A stretch of 64,000 nucleotides of DNA. Source: Raja brachyura. Taxonomy: Eukaryota. The stretch spans positions 51,398,001-51,462,000 of the forward strand of contig OY740798.1 in assembly GCA_963514005.1 (NCBI GenBank), read 5' to 3'. Both the position numbers and the translations under genes were made by a program. Shown here piece by piece: positions 11,201-23,200 of the stretch; within the stretch, counting starts at the first letter, position 1, and every line of letters starts with the position of its first letter. The notes beneath the pieces were generated by a model. That model did not search any database. It was not told where the DNA came from and saw only the letters and a list, made by a program, of their open reading frames with translations.

Positions 11201-14200
11201 AGGGGGTATGGAGAGAAGGCAGGTACGGGATACTGAGTTGGATGATCAGCCATGATCACATTGAATGGCGGTGCAGGCTCGAAGGGCCGAATGGCCTACT
11301 CCTGCACCTATTTTCTATGTTTCTATGTTTCTATCACCACCAGAGTCACTGACAGTACGGTCAGCAGCTCCCACACCGCTGTGGTCCTCAGGACATGGGT
11401 TATAATCAACCATAAAGTGGTCAGGCCTATGGGCTCGGGATGAGTTGGGCCGGGCCGGTTCCCCTCTGGTGATAATAACAGTTTGGGCTAAACTAGATGG
11501 AGCTCCTAATGGAAAGGATGTTCCACCAAGACATACTCTAACTGGAGGATTTGTGTCAGCGCCGGCCTAGGCCTACGGGAGAGCCCGCGCCAGCAGCGCC
11601 TATTCAGGGATGCTTAATTGGACGGTTGTCCAGGATGGAGCTCCTAATTGAGAGGATGTTCCACTAACACACACTCCAACAGGAGGAGTATTGTCAGCGC
11701 CAGCCTATGGGAGTGCCCGCGTCAGCAGCGCCTATTCAGGGCTGCTTAATGTCTCCCTCTTGGAGGAGGAGAGCATGCAGGGCAGAATTATTCTGCCGCC
11801 GAGAATGTTCCATTCTGGTATAGGTCTGTTGGGAGGACATATCAGCGCAGGCACCCTCAGGGGCCTGAGCCAGCACCTGTTCAGGGCTGCCTACGATCTC
11901 CCCCTTTATGGAGTGGAGTACGAATGGTCAGTAGATAACTGACTTCAAATTCTAAAGATGTCCGTGGAACAGAGTGGAGCACATGTGTATGGGTTCAAGG
12001 CAATCCTCGCAGCGAAGGTGTTGCTGCCAGAAGTTGGTTACCAGCCGTTGGCAGAATGCGTGGAAGGGGTCAGAGTTCCCCTCACGCTACAAGTGCCGGC
12101 AGTGAACAGAGCTCTAGCCACAGAATCTTCTATTCAGGTGAGACCTATTCAACAGGCAAAACTTGGATGAGGAAGCAAAAGCTGTCGGACCAATAAGGTA
12201 CAAAATAGAGAGAGTACAGAGGAGATTTACTAGAATGTTGCCTGGGTTCCAGCAACTAAGTTACAGAGAAAGGTTGAACAAGTTAGGTCTTTATTCTTTG
12301 GAGCGCAGAAGGTTAAGGGGGGACTTGATTGAGGTCTTTAAAATGATGAAAGGGATAGACAGAGTTGACGTGGATAAGCTTTTCCCATTGAGGGTAGGGA
12401 AGATTCAAACAAGAGGGCATGACATGAGAATTAAGGGACAGAAGTTTAGGGGTAACATGAGGGGGAACTTCTTTACTCAGAGAGTGGTGGCTGTGTGGAA
12501 TGATCTTCCTGCAGAGGTGGAGGAGGCAGGATTGATTTTAACATTTAAAAGTAAAGTGGATAGGTATATGGACGGGAAGGGAATGGAGGGGTATGGTCTG
12601 AGTGCAGGTAGATGGGACTAGGGGAAAATAAATGGTCGGCACGGACTGGAAGGGCCGAGAAGGCCTGTTTCCGTGCTGTAATTGTTATATGGTTATATGG
12701 TACCAACGACAAACAAAGCTTCATCGGTTCGGCGACAACACACTCCATGCCTCCATTGGCAGTGAGCGGTTCACTGAAGCCATGGCAGCATGAAAACTGG
12801 ACAGACGTTCCACGCAACCTGCCAGTCCTACTCTATACCCAGGCATGGGGTAAGTGGACCACTTACAAGTTGTTAATTTACACTTGTTTGTACAACACAC
12901 GTATGATTAAGGCATTGTCACCTAACCATGTAAAACTGCACAATACTAATATTCCAAGCAGGGTTTGGAATTAGGGCCAGCCCTAATTTTAAGGCAGGCT
13001 CAGTATTATGGCCAGTATTATGGCTTCGAGACAGGATCAAAATATGGCCAGAGTTGTTTCACAAAAGGCTTAGAATTATGGCCAGAGTTGCCTTTAGAGG
13101 CAGCTTCGGAATTATGAGGTAGTCTCATTTTTTATGGCCAGGGTTGTCTTCCAAGACAGGCTCGAATATCGGGCCACAGTTGTCATTCCAGGCACAGAAT
13201 TATGGCATACGTGGCCATTCATTGTTAAATTTGTTTCATTGGAGAGGGTCGTGTAACACGTATGTACAGTATAAACTTTCTGAATAGGAAACTTCGTTAC
13301 TGACTAACAACTGATTTTCATAAGGATCTCAAAGATACATTCTATTCAGTTCCCATTTACAGGGATCACCGGAGACATTTGAAATTATCAGAAGAATGAT
13401 AACAGTAATGATAATATGCTAATGATAAGACAATGAGAACAGTAAAACATTGCAAGATGGGCTAAATTATTTACCCAGGTATTTACCAAATTACAAAAAT
13501 AAGTGCTTTGGCTACTCAGAGTCTAAACTTGTTATATCTAGCCTGGATGATATTCTAAGCTCTATTTTGCAAAAATCAATTGTTCAGCTTCAAACTATAT
13601 TTGAGAAATTCAAAGATAGGACGGGCTTTGTAGGATCCCTCATCCATCCAGTTAAAATTAAGTAGTTACCGATATACTTGTTGGCCATTGGGATTTATCT
13701 TCAACTATTTATTAGCCTGTGACTCCGCCCTGGGACAAGAGATTGGAGTTAATGGGAATTTGTAACAACCTTGTTGTTATAAGCCATTCATCAAGAGTAA
13801 TTGGCAATATAGTAGCTGTGGGTCAGCTGTGAAGTGGCAACCTCTCAAGTGTCAGCTATGTCATTATTAAGAGACCTATGCTATTACTAGCTGAAGCAAA
13901 TAAAATCATAATGATGGACGAACATTATTCAGCATTGCTCCACTAGTTTGGTCAGTAAAAACTCAGGTATATTACAAACTGATGCGAAGTGCTCTAAGGT
14001 GGAAAATAACCATATATAACAATTACAGCACGGAAACAGGCCCTCTCCGCCCTTCCAGGCCATGCCAACCATTTATTTTCCCCTAGTCCCATTTACCTGC
14101 ACTCAGACCATAACTCTCCATTCCCTTCCCGTCCATATACCTATCCATTTTACTTTTAAATGTTAAAATCGATCCTGCCTCCACCACTTCTGCTGGAAGC

Positions 14201-17200
14201 TCATTCCACACAGCCACCACTCTCTGAGTAAAGAAGTTCCCCCTCATGTTAGCCTTAAACTTCTGTCCCTTAATTCTCATGTCATGCCCTCTTGGTTGAA
14301 TCTTCCCTACCCTCAATGGGAAAAGCTTATCCACGTCAACTCTGTCTATCCCTTTCATCATTTTAAAGACCTCAATCAAGTCCCCCATTAACATTCTGCG
14401 CTCCAAAGAATAAAGACCTAACTTGTTCAACCTTTCTCTGCAACTTAGTTGCTGGAACCCAGGCAACATTCTAGTAAATCTCCTCTGTGCTCTCTATTTT
14501 GTTGACATCCTTCCTATAATTAGGCGACCAAAAGTGTACACCATACTCCAGAATTGCTCTTACCAATGCTTTGTACAATTTTAACATTACTTCCCTACTC
14601 CTATATTCAATGCTCTGATTTATAAAGGCCAGCACACCAAAAGCTTTATTTACCACCCTATCTACATGCGATTCCACCTTCAGGGAACTATGCACAGTTA
14701 TTCCTAGATCCCTCTGTTCCACAGCATTCCTCAATTCCCTACCATTTACCATGTACATCCTATTTTGATTTGTCCTGCCAAGATGTAGCACTTCACACTT
14801 ATCAGCATTAAACTCGATCTGCCATCTTTCAGCCCACTTTTCCAAATGGCCCAAATCTCTCTGTAGACTTAGAAAATCTACTTCATTATCCACACACCAC
14901 CTATCTTGTTATCATCTGCATACTTACTTATCCAATTTTCCACCCCATCATCCAGATCATTGATGTACATGACAAACAACAGTGGACCCAACACAGATCC
15001 CTGAGGCACCCCACTGGCCACCGGCTTCCAACCTGACAAACTGCCATCCACCATTACTCTCTGACATGTCCCATTCAGCCACTGTTGAATCCATCTTGCT
15101 ACTCCGCCATTAACACCCAAAGATTGAACCTTCTTAACCAACCTTCCATGGGGAACCTTGTCAAAGGCCTTACTGAAATCCATATAGACAACATCCACTG
15201 CTTTACCCTCATCAATTTCCCTAGTAACCTCTTCAAAAAATTCAAGGTTTGTCAAACATGACCTTCCAGGCACAAATCCATGTTGACTGTTCCTGATCAG
15301 ACCCTGTTTATCCAGATGCTTATATATATTATCTCTAAGTATCCTTTCCATTAATTTGCCCACCACTGACGTCAAACTAACCGGTCTATAATTGCTAGGT
15401 TTATTCTTTGAACCCTTTTTAAACAATGGACCAACATGCGCAGTACGCCAATCCTCCGGCACTATTCCCGTTTCTAATGACATTTGAAATATTTCTGTCA
15501 TAGCTCCTGCTATTTCTATACTAACTTCCCTCAATGTCCTACGGAATATCCTGTCAGGACCTGGAGACTTATTCACTTTTATATTTTTCAAAAGTGTCAG
15601 TACTTCCTCCTCTTTGAATCTCATAGTTTCCATAGCTACTCTACTTTTTTCCCTTACCTCACAGAGTTCAATATCCTTCTCCTTGGTGAATACCGAAGAA
15701 AATAAATTGTTCAATATCTCCCCCATCTCTTTTGGCTCTGCAGACAGCTGTCCATTCTGGCTCTCTAATGGTCCAATTTTACAACACACTTTTTACAAAC
15801 TCCAAACCATCCATCTATTTTTGGAAAATTGAAATCTCCCACAATCAAGAGGTCTCAGTGATCAAGAAACTTGAATTCCTGCCTACTGCACCAGTCCCTC
15901 AACCAATTGCGAATGTTACCTCTAGTCGGAGGTGGAGCAGATTTATATCAGTTGCCAATTCTTCAGTTATTGCAATCAACTATCTATAAACCCTAGGTGC
16001 ATTATATGGGTAAAGGGTTATGACCCAAATATGCATAATCTGCATGCTCAACTGCAGGTTGATACACAATGATGGTGGCATATGTTAGTCACATGGGTGC
16101 AATCAAGTAAACGCATCCTATACTAATTTTACATAATCTCATTTGCCACTGGTGTATCATCAAGTACAGATCAATGACAACACAGAATGAGTGTTGGATC
16201 ACAAAGTGTTTATGAAATTATGGTTCGATGGGACACCAAATGTTGACGCCTATTCAAATGTTCATGCCTATTCACGGCTGCAAAACTATGAGGCATAACA
16301 GTGGCGGGAGATACATTATCGCTACAACAAGGAGGAATGTTCGTTATGTCTTCCTCCATTTTGCCCATCAGTCGGATCTTGAAATAAAGTAAGCAAGATT
16401 CCGCTTAGGCTTTTGTACTGGCTGACTGGACTATGCAGCCTTGATTCCTGTTTGTCAGGAATATTAATACTACCTTATACGGTTATTCTAAATGTAAATC
16501 TTTGCTGGTCAGCCTGTGGCTCAGAAAACCAGCCTCTGCATGATAAAATGAATTTATTCTTTTGCACATTCTGAGTAGACTGCTCCTACGGCTCGGATTG
16601 TCACACCAACCTATGTATGGACTCACTGCTGACGGCAGGGATAGCATCCCAAAAAAGCAGTACAGTTTTTGCCAGGAGATGGGAAGAGCATTATTTAATG
16701 CTATGTTACATTTAATACAGTACAGATACTGATGACTTTAAGTTCATTTTCCAATAGGTCTTTGACAATAATTGAGTTATAGGACCATTAACTGTGCTTA
16801 ATGTGCATTCCCATCATATTTGCTGCAGCGAATTGGATCCACTCTATCGGGTTTACCCCGGATATCGAGTTTGTAAAGGATCATTAACACAAGTTCCCCC
16901 AGGACAAGTACAGGGCAGTGTGGGATACTGATATTGTGCTGGCACTGCTTCACCATGGGGCTCCAGCTACATCCTAGCTTTGGCCATCTCATAAGGTGGT
17001 TATCCTCATGGTGCTGGTCCCAGCACAACGGGTCCAGTCACTACATAATTGTGACTGGACAGAATGGTTACATCTGCAAATAATATTATATTTAAGCAGA
17101 ACAGAAGGGAAGTCAGGTCCCAAATTAGTTCATGCCATATTCAAGGACCTTCAGTTATGTGAGGTCACACATATGTCAAGATCACCAAGAGCCTAGAGGC

Positions 17201-20200
17201 TCTGAACTAGCAATGTTGTTAATTCCAGAAAAGATTTATAAGAAGGTGTCAGTTCAGACCATACCCAGGCGGTGAAACAGGCTTTGATTTATATGGGAGT
17301 GGATACGAATTAAATCACTCCACCAGGTCTGCTACAACATCAGTAGCGAGGGTTATTTACATTCCGCTGGATTACATCCTAGCAGCTGCAGGACGGTCGA
17401 ACGAGCGAACCTTCCAAACACTTATAATAACCCATTGTCAGACCAGGGTTTTTTTACCAACTCTATTTTATGTTCAGTTGTATAGTCCCTCTCGGATAAG
17501 AGTGGTTACTATTATGATTATTTATTCATTATGAATGTTTCCCTCAGACTGTCAATGAAGCAGCTGTGGTTGTGTAGACTCGTTTCTCACAGCATGAAAT
17601 CGCAGAGCTTTGAAATCTTCACGGAATCACTCACGTGACTCCGAAGTAAAATAGTAAGATTAAATGAGAACTTACCAGTTTGAAGTTTGATCTTTATTTT
17701 ATGAGGAGTTACGTTGGTGATTACATGCCCTCCACTCCCAACCCTCATATCACAAAGATCATCTGGTAGTTCTAGGTTTATAATGTCACTTCAATTACTG
17801 TTTTCTGTGATTTCACACTGTTGCTTTGAAGATTGACAAGCATGCACAATGGCGGGGTTCTTCACGTGAACACCAACGTAACTCCTCATAAAATAAAGAT
17901 CAAACTTCAAACTGGTAAGCTCGTTTAATCTTACTACTCTGTCTTATTTCACAATTTAAATCATAGTCACACTTGTGACATTTCAATAACATAAAACACA
18001 TGCTTTCTTCTCATAAGCATGTAGGTACATCACAACAAAACACATTACTCCATGACATACTCGCTGTACCTCTCCGGCGGTCTGACGGCTCTTCCTGCCC
18101 ATGTCTTTGTGATGGTGTTTCGTTCAAAAGTGTCTTCTTTTCAGTCTGTACATTCTGTGCTTCACTTCTAGTTTCTTCTCTTGTGTCACCATGTTTTTGT
18201 TTAGATTTCTCTGTGTTATGAGATTCACGAGTTGCATATTTTTCTGGTGATGCATGTTGTGTTGGTATTTTCTGTGTCAGCTGATGTTGCAAAGGTTTCT
18301 CAGTCTTCTCCGCATCTGGTGGTTTCTCTGGAGTTATGTGTGGGGGTAGTTCTCCGGTCTTCTTCAGATCCACTCGATTATGTCGGATTAGAAGTCCTGA
18401 CTCTGTCTCGACTTCGTATGATCACTCATCCAGTCATTTCTGAACTGTTGCTCTCTGCCATCCGGTATCTCCTAGTTTATAGGGTTTGAGTCTTACAACA
18501 TCACCTTCTTCCAGGATTGGCAGATCGTTGGCATATCGGTTGTAGGTTTTTGACTGTTTTCCTTGCAAATCCTTCATCTTTTTCCTCTTCAGTGAGTATC
18601 TCTGCCCACGTGGTTTGAGCAGGTTTGATGTAGTTGGAAGTGTCGTTCTTGTTCTCCTTCCATGTAGTCTTTGTTCAGGACTACTGTTCACTCCCTCAAG
18701 TTCAAACATATCGGTTCCCACTTTCTCCCATGGGCGATCTGGGAGGTCATGGGGCATCAGAGTTTCTTTCTGATTCTGTTGTTCCTACGTCCTGCAGGCT
18801 TCACAGTTTGAAATTAACTGTTTCACATCAGAGTGTTAAAGAAGGAACTGCAGATGCTGGAGAATCGAGGGTTACACAAAAAGCTGGAGAAACTCAGCGG
18901 GTGCAGCAGCATCTAAGGAGCGAAGGAGATAGGCGACGTTTCGGGTCGAGACCCTTCTTCAGACTGGTCAGGGATCAGGGAAACGAGAGATATAAACAGT
19001 GATATGGAGAGATAAAGCAAGAACAATGAGTGAAAGATATGCAAAAAAGTATTGGTGATAAGGGAAGCAAGCCATTGTAAGCTGTTTCTGGTGTGAAAAT
19101 GAGAAGCTAGTGCAACTTGGGGGGGGGGGGGGAGATGGAGAAGGAATGTCAGGGCCCGAGGGCTGAGGGAGAGGTGGGGGGGGGGGGGGGGGAAGGGAGC
19201 AGTCTGGGTTAACAGAATTGAGAAAATTCAATGTTTAAGCCCAGAGGATGCAAACTCCCCAAGCGGAATATGAGATGTTGTTCCTCAAACTTGCGGTGTT
19301 GTTCACTCTGGCCATGGAGGAGGCCCAGGACCGAGAGGTCGGATACGGAGTGGGAGGGGGAGTTGAAGTGCTGAGCCACCGGGAGGTCGGGTTGGTTATT
19401 GCGGACCGAGCGGAGGTGTTCGGCGAAACGATCGCCTAGCCTCCGCTTGGTCTCACCAATGTAGATTAGCTGGCATCTGGAGCAACGGATGCAGTAGACG
19501 AGGTTGGAGGAGGTGCAGGTGAACCTCTGTCGGACTTGGAATGACTGCTTGGGTCCCTGAAAGGAGTGGATGGGGGAGGTGAAGGGACAAGTGTAGCATC
19601 TCTTGCGGTTGCAAGGGAAAGTGCCCGGGGAAGGAGTGGAGCGGGAGGGAAGGGAAGAATTGACGAGGGAGTTGCGGAGGGAGCGGTCTTTGCGGAAGGC
19701 AGACAGGGGGGGAGATGGGAAGATGTGGCGAGTGGAGGGGTCACGTTGGAGGTGGCGAAACTGGCGGAGGACTATCTGTTGTATGCGCTGGCTGGTGGGG
19801 TGAAAGGTGAGGACCAGGGGGACTCGGCCCTTGTTGTGAGTGGGGGAATGGGGAGAGAGGGCAGTGTTGCGGGGTATGGAGGAGACCCTGGTGCGAGCCT
19901 CATCGATAGTGGGGGAGGGGAAACCCCGTTCTCTGAAGAACGAGGACATTTGCGATGACCTGGTGTGGAACAAGTCATCCTGGGAGCAGATGCGGCGTAG
20001 TCGGAGGAATTGGGAATAGGGGATGGAGTCCTTACAGGAAGCAGGGTCGGAGGAAGAGTAGTCCAGGTAGCTGTGGGAGTCAGTTGGTTTGTAGTGGATG
20101 TCAGTCAGGAGTGTGTCACCTGCAATAGAGATGGTGAGGTCAAGGAATGGTAGGGAAATGTCGGAAATGGTCCAAGTGTATTTGAGTGCCGGATGGAAGT

Positions 20201-23200
20201 TGGTGGTGAAATGGATAAAGTCAGTCAGTTCTGCGTGGGTGCAGGAGGTGACACCAAAGCAGTCGTCAATGTAACGGAGGTAAAGGTCGGGGGTGGGGCC
20301 CTGGTACGCCGAGAACAAAGATTGTTCGACGTACCCGACAAAGAGGCAGGCGTAGCTAGGGCCCATGCGTGTGCCCATAGCTACGCCTTGTGTTTGGAGG
20401 AAATGGGAGGAGTCAAAAGAGAAGTTGTTTAGGGTAAGGACCAACTCCGCTAGGCGGAGGAGGGTGTCAGTGGATGGGTATGGGTTGCTCCTCTGGTCGA
20501 GGAAGTACCGGAGGGCTTTGAGACCATCCTGGTGGGGGATGCAGGTGTATAGTGACTGGACGTCCATGGTGAAGATGAGAGGATGGGGGCCTGGACAACG
20601 GAATGTGCGGAGCCGACGGAGAGTGTCTGAGGTGTCTTGAACATAGGTGGGGAGGGATTTAACAAAGGGGGATAGGATGGAGTCAAGGTATGTGGAAATG
20701 TGTTCGGTGGGGCACGAACAGGCAGAGACAATGGGTCTGCCGGGGCAGTCGGGTTTGTGGATTTTGGGGAGAAGGTAAAATCGGGCTGTGCGGGGCTGTG
20801 AAACGATGAGGTTGGAGGCTCGGGGGGGTAGGGAGCCGGAGTTAATGAAGTCAGTTATGGTGCTCGAGATGGTGGCCTGGTGCTCGTCAGTGGGGTCATG
20901 GTCCAGGGGTAAGTAGGAGGAGGTGTCCGAGAGTTGGCGCGTGGCCTCTGCTTTGTAGAGATCGACGCGCCAGACTACCACGGCACCTCCCTTGTCGGCG
21001 GGTTTGATAACCCAGTCTGGGTTGTTGCGGAGTGAGTCGGTGGCAGTACGTTCGGAGGGGGAGAGATTGGAGTGAGACAGGGGAGTGGAGAAGTCGAGGC
21101 GGTTGATGTCCCGACGGCAGTTTTGTATAAATAGTTCTAAAGCTGGAGGGCCACGAGGGGGGGTCCACGAGGAGGGGGTACGTGGGAGACAGGAAAAGGG
21201 ATCATCAGTGGGGGGCGAGGACTTGTTCCCGTGGAAAAACGCTGTGAGGCGGAGGCGACGGTAGAAAAGCTCCAAGTCGTGGTGGGCGCGGAACTCATTG
21301 AGGTGGGGACGGAGGGGGACAAAGGTAAGACCTCTGCTGAGGACCGACCTTTCGGTGTCGGAGAGGGGGAGGTCCGGGGGAATGGTGAACACATGGCAGG
21401 GATGGGGGTTGTGGCTGGAGGAAGGCAGGTGAGTGGACTGAGGACGGGGTGTTGTGTGATGGGGGGGTGGAGGGTGGTCAGGGGGTGGGGGGGTATGTGG
21501 GCTGTGGTGTGGGTGGGAAAGAGCAGGGGTTACATGGTAGGAGGGGAATGGGGAAGACCCAGTGGAATAGCCACTGAGGTCACCGGGGCTGGGGAGACGG
21601 GCACTAGGACCCAGTTCCGTTAACAACAGAGTGGTGGGAGGAGTGAGCAACGTGGAGGCTTCAGGCCCGCTGCACAGTCCAGTCTGTAGGTGAGGCGACG
21701 GCTGCGGGCTGCTGGACGGCGGTGGAGTGTCGCGGGTCGGCGGGCCCGAAGGTAGGAGTCCGCAGGCAGTGGAGTCGGTGTCGGCGGGCGATGCGTGGGT
21801 GGTCCTGGTGGGCGAGTGGTCGGTGGGGCAGCAAGGTTCAGCCCGCCCGGTGAGGCGGCGAGATGAGTGGGGTGCGGTGCGGCGGCCATGTTCGGAGGGC
21901 CCCGGTCCGGCGGCGATGCAAGGTGAGACGGGTGCGGCTGTGATCTTTGGCGGGCCCAGTACAGCGGCGATGCTGGATGGGCCCGGTGCGGCAATGAGGG
22001 TAGGTGGTCCTGGGGGGCAGCGAGGTTCGGCGGTCGCGTTGTGCTGGAGATCAGCGGTGGAATCGGGAAGGGTGAGATAAACAAAGTTACCGGGTAGGCA
22101 GCGAGGCTGGGCGTCATCGGTAGGCAGGTGGGGGTCGGCGGCAGCATCGGCATGGAGGTCGGTGAAGGCGGCGTCCCGGTGAGTCCTGGAGGCGCTACTT
22201 GTGGCCAAGATGGCGTCGGGGGACTCAGGCCAGCGACTCGGGCCAGAGTTGGGGCCCGGGGCCTGCGGGCGGTGGAGTCGGGGATTGTCGGTGGCTGGAA
22301 CGGCCTGGAGGCGGGCTAACTTCACACCAGAGTTCATTCCGGGCCAGAAAATGCATTCTCTAGCACGTCTGTGGGTTCCTTCCACTCCTAGGTGAGAGGT
22401 GTGGAGTGTGTCCTTCATATCTTTGTGTAGAGTGACAGGGATTACAACTCTCTCTGCACACTCAACTCATCTCTGACGTTGAAGTATGGTTGTGCTGCCT
22501 CTGGGACTTCTGCCCTGTGTTCTGGCCATCCATTTTGGATTACTCTCTTAACTGTTTGTATTGTTTCGTCTTCACTGATATGAGCTTGGATGCGTTTGAC
22601 CTTGTCCTCATCCGTGCTCAAGGACTCAACTACGTTGACATCAGTGAATCTGGTTGAACCTGTGGTGTCAGGGAGGTATGCTCGGCAGACCATATCTGCT
22701 AGATGCATGTCTTCTCTGTTTACCCATTTGATCTCGATGTCATAGTGTAGCATCCTCGTCATCATGCTCTGGAGACGTCTTGGTGCTCTATGCAGAGGCT
22801 TTTTAACGATGACTTCCAATGGCTTGTGGTCACTCTCCACAATCACTCTCTGTCCGTAGGTGTACTGATGGAAGCGCTCAAGGGCAAACACTATTGCTAG
22901 TGCCTCCTTCTCAATGTGAGCACGTCTCTGCTCGGTTGGCGTCAATGCTCGACTCACATAGGGCAGTGGTTGTCCTTTCTGCATAAGTGTTGCACCTAGA
23001 CCTGCCTTGCTTGCATCACATTGCATGGTCAGCTGTTCGTCTGGTGTGTAGTACGCCAGGATAGGTGCCGTTGTCAACAGCTCCTTGATCTTTGACATCG
23101 CCATGTCATGTTGTGATGACCATTCCCACTCTGCTTCCTTGTGGGTCAATCTCCTCAAAGGCTCGAATGTGTCCGACAACCTTGGCAGGAATCTTGCCAA

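Larger units (their letters stand above)
10490..17936 (+). mobile_element. Highly degenerate DIRS retrotransposon (gag, RT, RNaseH, MTase and YR remnants, ICR and right terminus), split by three CR1s and one unknown insert
   Basis: gag LDEEAKAVG (about 12165), [12 protein letters not shown] (about 13325), [10 protein letters not shown] (about 17025) and HSTRSATTS (about 17315). ICR at about 17615-17730 is inverted against the terminus at about 17855-17936. Confidence 0.75.
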
